From a virus (taxonomy: Duplodnaviria; Caudoviricetes), in the IMG/VR virus record IMGVR_UViG_3300016644_000029, positions 1 to 28,322 of that record: DNA of 28,322 nt; one strand, written 5' to 3'. The number at the start of each line of letters is the position of its first letter. Position 1 is the stretch's first letter. Below, piece after piece: positions 1 through 7,891 of the stretch. Under the pieces are notes generated by a model, which did no database searches, was not told the origin of the DNA, and saw only the letters and a program-made list of their open reading frames with translations. A program made the translations under genes and the position numbers.

Positions 1-2
1 TA

Positions 3-884
3 TCTACTGTCGATAGTTGTGTTGGCCGTAGTTATGATCTTATAATCTTTGACGAAGCTGCCTTAGGTGAGGGTGGTGAAGCTGCTTTCAACGTTGCGCT
101 ACGTCCGACCCTGGACAAGCCCAATGCGAAGGCGATTTTTATATCGACACCTCGTGGTAAAAACAACTGGTTCTCCCAGTTCTGGAACCGTGGCTTTGAC
201 CCGAACTTTCCGGAATGGGTTAGTCTGCAAGCTGATTACACTGAGAACACTCGTATGGCTGAGTCGGACGTTGCCGAAGCTCGACGTGCTATGTCACGAG
301 CAGAATTCGAGCAAGAATACATGGCCTCGTTTACTACATATGAGGGTCAGATCTTCTCCTTAAAGGAGGAGGACATAATTGATGACTTACCTGACAACAT
401 TCTCGCTGCTCGACAGTGTGAGTTCATTGCTGGATGTGACCCTGGCTATCGCGATTTTACTGCATTTGTTGTGGTTGCTTATTCGTGGGAAACTGACTGC
501 TTCTATGTAGTCGACGAGTACTTGGACAATGAGAAGACTACATCGGGGCATGCTGAGGAGTTCCAGCGCCTGTGTTCGAAGTGGGGTGTGGAGATTGTGT
601 TTATTGATAGTGCAGCCGCACAGTTTGCAGCTGACCTTGCCTATACCTACAACATTGCTACCACCAAAGCCAAAAAGGACGTCTTACCCGGTATTGCCTA
701 CGCCCAGACACTTGTGGGTCAGGGTCGCCTAAAGGTTGCCTCACATTGCACTCATGTCTTAGCAATGATGGACCAGTACCGTTGGGACGATAAGGAAGGC
801 TTGCAAAAGGAGCGTCCAAAGCACGACGACTATTCGCACATGGCGGATGCCCTTCGTTACGCCCTCTATAGTTACACTATTTGA
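3..884 (+). CDS. terL: Terminase large subunit, 5'-truncated (about 293 aa visible)
   Basis: Frame is open from position 3 (STVDSCVGRSYDLIIFDEAA = Walker B; FISTPRG coupling motif) into the listed 255..884 ORF. That part carries RNase H-like nuclease motifs (AGCDPGYRD, FIDSAAAQF, HMADALRYA). The true start is upstream of the window. Confidence 0.96.
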   Translation, partial: STVDSCVGRSYDLIIFDEAALGEGGEAAFNVALRPTLDKPNAKAIFISTPRGKNNWFSQFWNRGFDPNFPEWVSLQADYTENTRMAESDVAEARRAMSRAEFEQEYMASFTTYEGQIFSLKEEDIIDDLPDNILAARQCEFIAGCDPGYRDFTAFVVVAYSWETDCFYVVDEYLDNEKTTSGHAEEFQRLCSKWGVEIVFIDSAAAQFAADLAYTYNIATTKAKKDVLPGIAYAQTLVGQGRLKVASHCTHVLAMMDQYRWDDKEGLQKERPKHDDYSHMADALRYALYSYTI

Positions 885-1438
885 TTCCACAGTCGCTGCC
901 ACAGCGTGCGGTTTTGTAGCCGCTGCACTTTGCCCTGCAGCTCTTCGATAGTATCCTCAAGCTGGTGGTACCGGTCACGAATCTCGTCTGGTAGTAGGAG
1001 CCCTTCGTCGCGCAGTGCTTGTAGTTCACCTTCCAAGTCTAGCTTTTCTAGATAAACCTTTTTCAAGGTTTTAACTTGGTCTAGTGTACTCCACAGCATT
1101 ACACTAGTGTCATTAAACGAAAAGTTATCGTATAGGTGCAAGTACTCGCCAGCATCCTCGCTGCTAATAGGTTTGGGCTTAGTGGTGTTAAGCAACTGCG
1201 GACCCCAAGCCGCAGCGATTAGGATCGATTCGTAAATGTCGATGTGATCCGGGTGAACTTCCAAGACCACCCGGTACTCTGGAGGCCCGCACTCGTTGTA
1301 TACAGCCTGCATCTTTTTAGTATGTGTGCCCTTCTCGAAATTAACGCTGTGAGTCTTCCACCGTTTGGGAATGTTCTCCGACTTGCCTATATAAAACTGT
1401 CCGTTAGGAAATGTTAATTGGTAAATTCCACTATCCAT
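872..1438 (-). CDS. GIY-YIG family endonuclease with C-terminal coiled coil
   Basis: N-terminal SGIYQL...FYIGKS...KRWKTH, later E (DIYESILI) and N (LLNT) match the GIY-YIG catalytic set. Consensus promoter directly upstream. Overlaps the terL stop convergently by 13 bp. Confidence 0.88.
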   Translation of the reverse strand: MDSGIYQLTFPNGQFYIGKSENIPKRWKTHSVNFEKGTHTKKMQAVYNECGPPEYRVVLEVHPDHIDIYESILIAAAWGPQLLNTTKPKPISSEDAGEYLHLYDNFSFNDTSVMLWSTLDQVKTLKKVYLEKLDLEGELQALRDEGLLLPDEIRDRYHQLEDTIEELQGKVQRLQNRTLWQRLWNQIV

Positions 1439-1463
1439 AATATTCTTTTTCCATTAAAACACT

Positions 1464-1492
1464 ATTATATCACACACGGCTGTGAGGGTCAA
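1464..1492 (-). promoter_or_regulatory. sigma70-type promoter for the GIY-YIG gene
   Basis: Minus strand reads TTGACC-17 nt-TATAAT with TG in the extended -10 position; -10 box ends 25 nt before the ATG at 1438. Confidence 0.85.
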
Positions 1493-1524
1493 GTGCGCCA
1501 CTACTGCCTCTAAAAATTTCGGTA

Positions 1525-1553
1525 TTGACTTTGAGCTGCTCCTGCGGTATAAT
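1525..1553 (+). promoter_or_regulatory. sigma70-type promoter for the head operon
   Basis: TTGACT (1525-1530), 17 nt, TATAAT (1548-1553), preceded by AT-rich TAAAAATTT (UP-like). Confidence 0.87.
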
Positions 1554-1576
1554 ACTATGAAAACACAGGTACATGT

Positions 1577-2008
1577 ATGGCCAAAAACACCAACAAAAGA
1601 ATACCGGTAAAGTGGGTACGTGACAGAGCTAAAAAGGCTTACGAGACCCGCGATTGCTGTGACATTTGCGGCACCACACAAGACCTAGAACTTCATCACA
1701 CACATTCGATCACTATTTTACTAGAATCGTGGGCTGCTCGTAAAGGTTACGACATTTCCACTGACGAAGGCATCTTAGCTGTTCGTGACGAGTTTATCGC
1801 GGAGCACCATAAGCAACTATATGAAGATGTGTACACCTTGTGCAACCATCATCATGTAAAACTTCATGGAGTTTATGGCAAAGCCCCGCCTCCAGGCTCG
1901 GAACCAAAACAAGCACGTTGGGTTGCACTTCAACGAGAGAAGTTTCTGTCTGGTGGCCGTGAAATACCCAAAACAAGCTCAGGTTCGTTTTTTAGTGAGT
2001 TTTGCTAA
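1577..2008 (+). CDS. HNH endonuclease, syntenic with the T5 nicking/packaging-associated nuclease
   Basis: CDICG...LELHH...LCNHHHVKLH zinc/HNH motifs. Lies between terL and portal, as the T5 nicking endonuclease gene does. Confidence 0.85.
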   Translation: MAKNTNKRIPVKWVRDRAKKAYETRDCCDICGTTQDLELHHTHSITILLESWAARKGYDISTDEGILAVRDEFIAEHHKQLYEDVYTLCNHHHVKLHGVYGKAPPPGSEPKQARWVALQREKFLSGGREIPKTSSGSFFSEFC

Positions 2009-2017
2009 GGACGAAAT

Positions 2018-3202
2018 ATGAATTGGTTTACCAAAGGTTATGACTGGATGCGCGAAAAGCTAAATCCAGCACAAGATCGTATTGCCTATCAAGAAGGCTT
2101 GTACATAGGCAGTACACAAAAGATTACTTACCAGCAAGCTTTTCAAAAGCTTGAGGTTGTTAACCGAAGCGTTTCGATGCTGGTTAACGCGTGCGCTAGC
2201 TTAGACTACGACGTAAAAGACAAACAAAATGACGGCGTCGTAGTTGGCGTACGTCAGAAAACACTAAACAACTTACTAAACTTTAAGCCTAACCCATATC
2301 AAAGCGTTCAGGAATTTCGCCAAGCGATTTTCCAAGACCTGGTAATTGAAGGTAACGTGTTCATCTACTTTGATGGCACCTTTATGTACCACTTACCAGC
2401 CCAGAACGTACAGATTCTTACCGATACCAAGACGTTTATTCAAGGGTATCGTTACATGGGTACCATAGACTTCAAAGAACAAGATGTATTTCACTTCCGC
2501 GACTTACACTCGCAGAGTATATATCGTGGCAGTTCACGCTTAGAAAGTGCTCAGCGTTCTATTGACGTCTTATACTCAATGCACGACTTTCAGGAAAAGT
2601 TCTTTGATAATGGTGCAGTATTCGGCTTAGTACTAACAAGTGACAACACCTTATCACAAGTTGCCAAAGAGAAAACAATTCAAAACTGGTTGCAGAAATA
2701 CAACGCCAAAAATGGTGGTAAGCGTCCAGTTATCTTGGACAGTGGCTTAAAGCCTGTTCAAGTTGGTCAAGGTACTTTCAAAGATCTTGACTTTGACGAA
2801 TCAATCAAAACACACAACGATAGAATCGCAGTAGCTGTCGGCGTACCGCCGATCTTGCTGGATGGTGGTAACAACGCCAACATCTCACCTAACCTGCGCT
2901 TATTCTATCTAGAAACAGTAATGCCAATCGTTAGAAAATTTAGTTCTAGCCTTGAGCGTTATTTCGGATACGACATAGATGCGATTACAGCAAACGTATC
3001 GGCTCTTCAGCCTGATATCAAAGAGATTGCTCAATATCACGCAACCCTTGTCAACGGCGGCATTATCACTCCAAATGAAGCCCGTAAAGAACTTCGTTAT
3101 GAGCCAATCCCTGGCAATGACGACTTAAGAGTACCTGCTAATATTGCGGGTAGTGCAGCAGATCCATCGCAAGGTGGAAAACCGCCGCAACCAAAGGAGT
3201 AA
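2018..3202 (+). CDS. Portal protein (HK97/T5 type)
   Basis: 394 aa; motifs LLNFKPNPYQS, EGNVFIY, FFDNGAVFG, IAVAVGVPPILL, GIITPNEARKEL; SD AAGGA upstream. Confidence 0.96.
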   Translation: MNWFTKGYDWMREKLNPAQDRIAYQEGLYIGSTQKITYQQAFQKLEVVNRSVSMLVNACASLDYDVKDKQNDGVVVGVRQKTLNNLLNFKPNPYQSVQEFRQAIFQDLVIEGNVFIYFDGTFMYHLPAQNVQILTDTKTFIQGYRYMGTIDFKEQDVFHFRDLHSQSIYRGSSRLESAQRSIDVLYSMHDFQEKFFDNGAVFGLVLTSDNTLSQVAKEKTIQNWLQKYNAKNGGKRPVILDSGLKPVQVGQGTFKDLDFDESIKTHNDRIAVAVGVPPILLDGGNNANISPNLRLFYLETVMPIVRKFSSSLERYFGYDIDAITANVSALQPDIKEIAQYHATLVNGGIITPNEARKELRYEPIPGNDDLRVPANIAGSAADPSQGGKPPQPKE

Positions 3203-3203
3203 T

Positions 3204-5150
3204 ATGGTAGATAAAAATAAAATCCTTTATGTGAACTCACTGTTCTCAGTAAAGGCACTACCAAGCGACTCAGGTGACGGAACCGGTGCGGTTACAATCG
3301 AAGGTTACGCAAGTACCAACGATGTTGACCGCCAAGGCGACGTTGTACCAACTGGTGTATGGGAAAAGGGCCTAGATAATTACTTAAAGAATCCAATTAT
3401 CTTAGCTTATCATGACCACAACCAGCCGGTCGGTAGAATGATTGAACACAAGATCGATTCCAAAGGTCTATGGATCAAAGCAACTATCTCTGAAGCCGCA
3501 GGTAGCGTTTACAATTTAGTTAAAAACGGTATTCTAACCGCGTTTAGTATCGGTTTCCGTGTTATGGACGCCGAATATAAAAGTGATGCAGAAGTATTCT
3601 TAATCAAAGATTTAGAACTACACGAAATTAGCGTTGTGTCAGTTCCTGCTAATCAAAACACTTTATTTAGTCTCTCTAAGGCGTTCGATACAGCCGAAGA
3701 TTATCAATCGTTTAAAATGCAATTTGCAGCCAGTAGCAACTCAGCTAAAGGGCTAGAAGCCTCCGGTAGCGCAAATAGCGATATTAAAAAGGAATGGAAC
3801 ATGGATCCAAAAGATTTAGAAAAGATGTTAGCCGACGCTGCTGCTAAGGCTGCACAAGCTGTTGTTGAGAAACAAGCTGCTGAGAAGGCTGCTGCTGACA
3901 AAGCTGCTGCTGAACAAGCCGAGTTCGAAGCTCGCGTTAAGGCTGCCGTTGGTAGCGTTACCCTAGGCCAAAGCGGTGCTGAAAAGCTACTAGCCGATGT
4001 TGAAAAGAAACTAGCTGACGCTCAAGCTGAGCAAGCTAAAGCCCTAGAAGGCCTACAGGCTGAACTAAAGGCCAAAGCTGCTGAGCTAGAAGCTATTCAG
4101 AAAAGCAAAATGCAATTTGGCGATACAAAGCCAGGTGAAATGAGCTACGCTGACAAAGAAAAGGCAGTTCTCCTAGCCAAGGCTATGGGCCGCCGCGTTG
4201 AAGACACCAAGTTTGGTGCTCAAATGGTTCAAAAGTACGGTGCTCACCTACCAAGCGCTACTTGGGAACTAGAAGTTAACCTGAACTTAGAAGCTGAAGT
4301 TCGTCGTCGTTTAGTTGTTACTCCTCTGCTACGCCAGATCAGCATGCAAACTAACGTTATGACAATTCCAGTAAACCCAGAAGCAGGTACTGCTACTTGG
4401 GTTACTAACGCTCAGTTCGGCAGCAGCGCAAGCTCTGGCGGTACAAGCGCTACTACTGGCTTTGCTCCAGGCGTTGGTTCTCCACACGCGTTAAAAGAAA
4501 TTACTCTAAACGCTTACAAAGTAGCTACAAACGAATACCTAGCATACGAAGAAGAAGAAGATTCTCTAATCGCCTTAATGCCAGTTATCCGTGAAGCTAT
4601 GGTTCGCCGTTTAGCTCGTGCTGTTGACCGTGCATTCCTACGTGGTGCTGGTTCCGGTGCTGACCCAGTTAAGGGCTTAGCTGCTTATGACGCAGTTGCT
4701 GACGTAACCCCAAGTGCTGCTAGCGGTACAGTTACTGTTGCCAATATGCGCGCTATGCGTAAGAGCCTAGGTGCATGGGGTCTTGACCCAGCCGAAATCG
4801 TTTATGTTGTTTCTCAAGACGTATACTACGATCTGTTAGAAGACAGCACATTCCAGACAATGAACCAAGTTGGTCCAGCTGCTACTCTATTAACTGGTCA
4901 AATCGGTTCTATCGGTAACAGCCCAGTTCTAGTTTCCGCTGAATTCGACAGCAAGGCCAGCGGCGCTCTAGGTGCTGTTTGCTTCGCACCAGCTAACTTC
5001 ATCGTTGGTTCTCAGCGTGGTATCCGTGTTGATACACAAGAATTAGTTGAAACACAACGTCGTGTATTCGTAGCAAGCCTACGTACTGGCATGACTCAGC
5101 TAACTACTAACCTAGGTAGCGGTGTTGGTAAACTAGTTTACGCAGCTTAA
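3204..5150 (+). CDS. Prohead protease fused in frame to scaffold domain and major capsid protein (648 aa)
   Basis: ATG 3204 follows AGGAG (3195-3199). HK97-type protease motifs IEGYAST, AYHDH, AFSIGF, LHEISVVSVPAN, then an Ala/Lys/Glu coiled coil, then an HK97-fold capsid region (RRLARAVDRAFLRGAG, GQIGSIGNSPVLVS). No stop between the domains. Confidence 0.93.
   Translation: MVDKNKILYVNSLFSVKALPSDSGDGTGAVTIEGYASTNDVDRQGDVVPTGVWEKGLDNYLKNPIILAYHDHNQPVGRMIEHKIDSKGLWIKATISEAAGSVYNLVKNGILTAFSIGFRVMDAEYKSDAEVFLIKDLELHEISVVSVPANQNTLFSLSKAFDTAEDYQSFKMQFAASSNSAKGLEASGSANSDIKKEWNMDPKDLEKMLADAAAKAAQAVVEKQAAEKAAADKAAAEQAEFEARVKAAVGSVTLGQSGAEKLLADVEKKLADAQAEQAKALEGLQAELKAKAAELEAIQKSKMQFGDTKPGEMSYADKEKAVLLAKAMGRRVEDTKFGAQMVQKYGAHLPSATWELEVNLNLEAEVRRRLVVTPLLRQISMQTNVMTIPVNPEAGTATWVTNAQFGSSASSGGTSATTGFAPGVGSPHALKEITLNAYKVATNEYLAYEEEEDSLIALMPVIREAMVRRLARAVDRAFLRGAGSGADPVKGLAAYDAVADVTPSAASGTVTVANMRAMRKSLGAWGLDPAEIVYVVSQDVYYDLLEDSTFQTMNQVGPAATLLTGQIGSIGNSPVLVSAEFDSKASGALGAVCFAPANFIVGSQRGIRVDTQELVETQRRVFVASLRTGMTQLTTNLGSGVGKLVYAA
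3722..3776 (+). promoter_or_regulatory. Putative structured cis-element (copy 1) upstream of the internal capsid start
   Basis: Outer stem ATTTGC (3722-3727)/GCAAAT (3771-3776); apical C-AGC-TAAAGG-GCT-AG (3742-3756); matches the element at 7911-7925 with a compensatory base-pair change. Confidence 0.55.
3801..5150 (+). CDS. Major capsid precursor (scaffold + capsid, 449 aa) from an internal in-frame start
   Basis: AAAAAGGA SD ending at 3793, 7 nt before ATG 3801 (MDPKDLEK). Size is close to the T5 pb8 precursor (about 460 aa). Codon bias (GCT, CTA, GAA, CGT) becomes visibly stronger from here. Confidence 0.75.
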   Translation: MDPKDLEKMLADAAAKAAQAVVEKQAAEKAAADKAAAEQAEFEARVKAAVGSVTLGQSGAEKLLADVEKKLADAQAEQAKALEGLQAELKAKAAELEAIQKSKMQFGDTKPGEMSYADKEKAVLLAKAMGRRVEDTKFGAQMVQKYGAHLPSATWELEVNLNLEAEVRRRLVVTPLLRQISMQTNVMTIPVNPEAGTATWVTNAQFGSSASSGGTSATTGFAPGVGSPHALKEITLNAYKVATNEYLAYEEEEDSLIALMPVIREAMVRRLARAVDRAFLRGAGSGADPVKGLAAYDAVADVTPSAASGTVTVANMRAMRKSLGAWGLDPAEIVYVVSQDVYYDLLEDSTFQTMNQVGPAATLLTGQIGSIGNSPVLVSAEFDSKASGALGAVCFAPANFIVGSQRGIRVDTQELVETQRRVFVASLRTGMTQLTTNLGSGVGKLVYAA

Positions 5151-5164
5151 TTTAACTTAAGCAG

Positions 5165-5190
5165 AACAAGACCCTTCGGGGTCTTGTTTT
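5165..5190 (+). terminator. Intrinsic terminator after the capsid gene
   Basis: AACAAGACCC-TTCG-GGGTCTTGTT, a 10-bp stem with a cUUCGg tetraloop, running into a T tract. Confidence 0.85.
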
Positions 5191-5233
5191 ATAAGCCTGG
5201 TGTACTGGGCTTATAAAACAAGAAAGGCACAAT

Positions 5234-5803
5234 ATGGGAGCAAACTTAATTACGAAAGCTGAATACAAGGCATACGCCGGTATTAACAGCATCAATCAAG
5301 ATGCCGAAATTGACAGCCTAATTCCAAAAGTAAGTGAGTTAGTAAAAAGCTACTGTCGCAGAGCTTTCGTTGACTACGTAGACGAGGCTAAAACCGAAGT
5401 TTTTCGTGGTGGATTCGATCAACTACTACTAAGTGAATTTCCAGTAACACAGGTTATTAGTGTACAGCAGAGTAAAGACTACGGTCAAACATATACCAAA
5501 CTTACTAAGTTTGTAGACTGGATACAAGACGGAGATACTGTAGTTTCCTTAGATCCTACACTTGGATTTGCTGAATTAATTAACGGATACAAAGTTTCGT
5601 ACTTTGCAGGCTACGAAACTCTGCCAGAAGATTTAAAGCTGGCAACATTAGATCTAGTTACCTACTACTTAAAAAATAGTTCTGCGGTTCACTCTACCAA
5701 GAGTATCCAGCCAAACACTATGCAAGTAGAGTACATTACCGGCTCACAATTTCCAGCACATATTCGTCGCGTGCTAGATATGTATAAAGCGAACTATCTA
5801 TGA
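5234..5803 (+). CDS. Head completion / head-tail connector protein (T5 p144-like)
   Basis: LITKAEYKAYAGI...VKSYCRR...VSYFAGYETLPEDLKLA...FPAHIRRVLDMYK resembles gp6/gp15-like connectors; immediately follows the capsid gene. Confidence 0.88.
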   Translation: MGANLITKAEYKAYAGINSINQDAEIDSLIPKVSELVKSYCRRAFVDYVDEAKTEVFRGGFDQLLLSEFPVTQVISVQQSKDYGQTYTKLTKFVDWIQDGDTVVSLDPTLGFAELINGYKVSYFAGYETLPEDLKLATLDLVTYYLKNSSAVHSTKSIQPNTMQVEYITGSQFPAHIRRVLDMYKANYL

Positions 5804-7449
5804 CAACCAGACAGCTACACATTAGACGATATGCAGATATTTTAATGGGTAGCATTATTAATGGTGCCAAGACAAAAGTACAGAAGCTAGCCTATAGAAA
5901 AGGTTTAGAGCTAAGTAAAGGGCAAACAGAGTTTAACGAAATGCTTAGAAATAACAGTCCAAGCATTTATTTAGTAGACCCTAAGTTGATAGCTAAAGTT
6001 ATTCTTAATAAGTTAAGCACTGAAAGTGCTACTTATGTGTCCGCAGTATACACCGACGAAGGTCCAAGCTCTCCAGAGAACGCTAGTTTCCAAAAAGATT
6101 TATCTAGCATATTAACAAGTAATCCAGGGCTAGAGGCCGGAATATCGAAGCAGATAGCGCAACAAATAAACGCAGACTTTGCTAGTTCAAAAATAACTAC
6201 TAAAGAACTAAACGATATAGTAAAGTCTATCTACGATAAAATGATTGTAGATATGACAGCGGCGGAGAAGGCTGGTAAAAGTTATTTATCTTACCAAATA
6301 GCTGCTGCAAAAGCCGGTGCAGAGTTACGAAGAGTATTAAACTTAAAAAAGATAGCAATACTTAGTGATGCAAATACTATTGTTGATAACTTAAACGATA
6401 GAATAGCCTTTGTGTCCTACACATTTAGTGCCGGTGTTTCAAACATTAACAAATCTATTCAAGCAGCAGTAGATTCGCTACTATTAATCGCAGGTATAGA
6501 AACCGCAAAAGCTTTTGTAGTGGGTAATTTAGTACACGCTGGACACGTTGGAATATATCAAGACGATAATTTAATAGGTATTAATATGCCCGCCGCAACA
6601 ATCGGCGGTTTAGTAACCGGCAGATTTGCAGATATTGAGCAAGCAATCGGAAATATTCCGATTCACATAGAGCAGGGTATACGTTTAAAAACAAACTATA
6701 CACAATCAGCAGGTATGTTTCTGGACTTACAGTTTAATTTTGCTGTATCCATGGAAGGCTCGTTTAACAGTGGCATTCTTGGACCCCAAGAAGTAGCGGC
6801 TGTAAGAGCTATAGTAAATAACGCGGCTAATAAAGCTCTGGAAGAAGCCGTTAAAGAACAGGTTTCAGCAACCTCAATATCTAAGGTTGCTGATATACTA
6901 CAAGCTTCTCCAAACTACAGAGAATACCTAGAGCAAGCAATAAGAGCTACCCTGGAAGGTAAAAAGTTACCTAATCTTAATCACCAATTAGATACACTGC
7001 TAAAACGTGATATAGTATCCAGTTTTACAAAATCTACTAAAACGGGTACAAGTACTAAAAAGAAAATAGTTGCCAAAAATACCAAAGTTCCTGATGCAGG
7101 TATTAAGGCAGAAGCAGCTGCGCCAAGTTTAACAAGCCTTCAAAGTCTAATAAACTCTAACTTGTTTGAAACCATACGCAAAAATATGGGCGACGGAGCC
7201 AGCAGAAGCATCTTAAATTTTAGAACAGGTAGATTTGCTGGTAGTGTTAAAGTTGAGCGAATGAGTCTAAGTCGTGAAGGCATGATAACCGCTTTTTATA
7301 GTTATATGAAAAACCCTAACGCAACATTCAGTGATGGCGGCGCTCAGCAGTTTCCACGATCACGCGATCCTAAGTTGCTGATAAGCAAATCAATTCGTGA
7401 AATAGCTGCCGAAAAAGTAGCAACCAGACTAAGGGCAGTAGTTGTATGA
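5800..7449 (+). CDS. Tail completion (neck) protein, T5 p143-like C-terminus with long N-terminal extension
   Basis: C-terminal LNFRTGRFAGSVKV...FYSYMKNP...RDPKLLISKSIREIA; lies between head completion and tail terminator; ATGA overlaps at both ends. Confidence 0.7.
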   Translation: MTTRQLHIRRYADILMGSIINGAKTKVQKLAYRKGLELSKGQTEFNEMLRNNSPSIYLVDPKLIAKVILNKLSTESATYVSAVYTDEGPSSPENASFQKDLSSILTSNPGLEAGISKQIAQQINADFASSKITTKELNDIVKSIYDKMIVDMTAAEKAGKSYLSYQIAAAKAGAELRRVLNLKKIAILSDANTIVDNLNDRIAFVSYTFSAGVSNINKSIQAAVDSLLLIAGIETAKAFVVGNLVHAGHVGIYQDDNLIGINMPAATIGGLVTGRFADIEQAIGNIPIHIEQGIRLKTNYTQSAGMFLDLQFNFAVSMEGSFNSGILGPQEVAAVRAIVNNAANKALEEAVKEQVSATSISKVADILQASPNYREYLEQAIRATLEGKKLPNLNHQLDTLLKRDIVSSFTKSTKTGTSTKKKIVAKNTKVPDAGIKAEAAAPSLTSLQSLINSNLFETIRKNMGDGASRSILNFRTGRFAGSVKVERMSLSREGMITAFYSYMKNPNATFSDGGAQQFPRSRDPKLLISKSIREIAAEKVATRLRAVVV

Positions 7450-7889
7450 GTAGTAAAAGAATTTCTATTGTAAAAGCCCTTGCCGAAAAGCTCAAAGAGA
7501 TTGACGGCACTGGCATTTACCAAACCAATCTATACGGAAACGTTTACCCCAAACTAAAATTCTGGGACGAAGTAAATGATTTCCCGTCCGTATACATGAC
7601 CGCCGGCACCGAAATGCGAGAGTATTTACCCGCAAATTTCATCTGGGGGTATTTAAATATTTCTGTCAAGGTCTATGTAAAAAGCGAGGATGATGCACAA
7701 GAACAGCTTGAACTAGCTTTAAGCGACGTAGAAAAGTGCGTAGACGCCAATCGAGTACTTGTATTCAACGCCGATACTAATCAAGAGACTACGGAGATAT
7801 TAGTCCAATCTATAACCACAGATGAAGGATTACTATATCCTTTTGGTGTTGGTGAGATAAACTTACAAGTGCGTTATGCACTTACTTAA
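7446..7889 (+). CDS. Tail terminator protein (T5 p142-like)
   Basis: 147 aa; KFWDEVNDFPSV, ITTDEGLLYPFGVGEINLQVRY; directly upstream of the tail tube gene. Confidence 0.85.
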   Translation: MSSKRISIVKALAEKLKEIDGTGIYQTNLYGNVYPKLKFWDEVNDFPSVYMTAGTEMREYLPANFIWGYLNISVKVYVKSEDDAQEQLELALSDVEKCVDANRVLVFNADTNQETTEILVQSITTDEGLLYPFGVGEINLQVRYALT

Positions 7890-7891
7890 AC

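Noticed and set aside
255-884. 209-aa ORF as a complete gene
   Set aside because: The frame is open to the window edge and includes the terminase Walker B motif upstream of this Met.
1454-1976. Minus-strand ORFs 1454..1681 and 1794..1976, and short alternative-frame + ORFs (67, 529, 8193, 14791, 15032, 16208)
   Set aside because: They overlap well-supported genes or promoters and have no protein-like features.
3144-3203. TTG start given by the ORF track for the protease-capsid ORF
   Set aside because: It overlaps the portal gene and has no SD; ATG 3204 follows AGGAG just after the portal stop.
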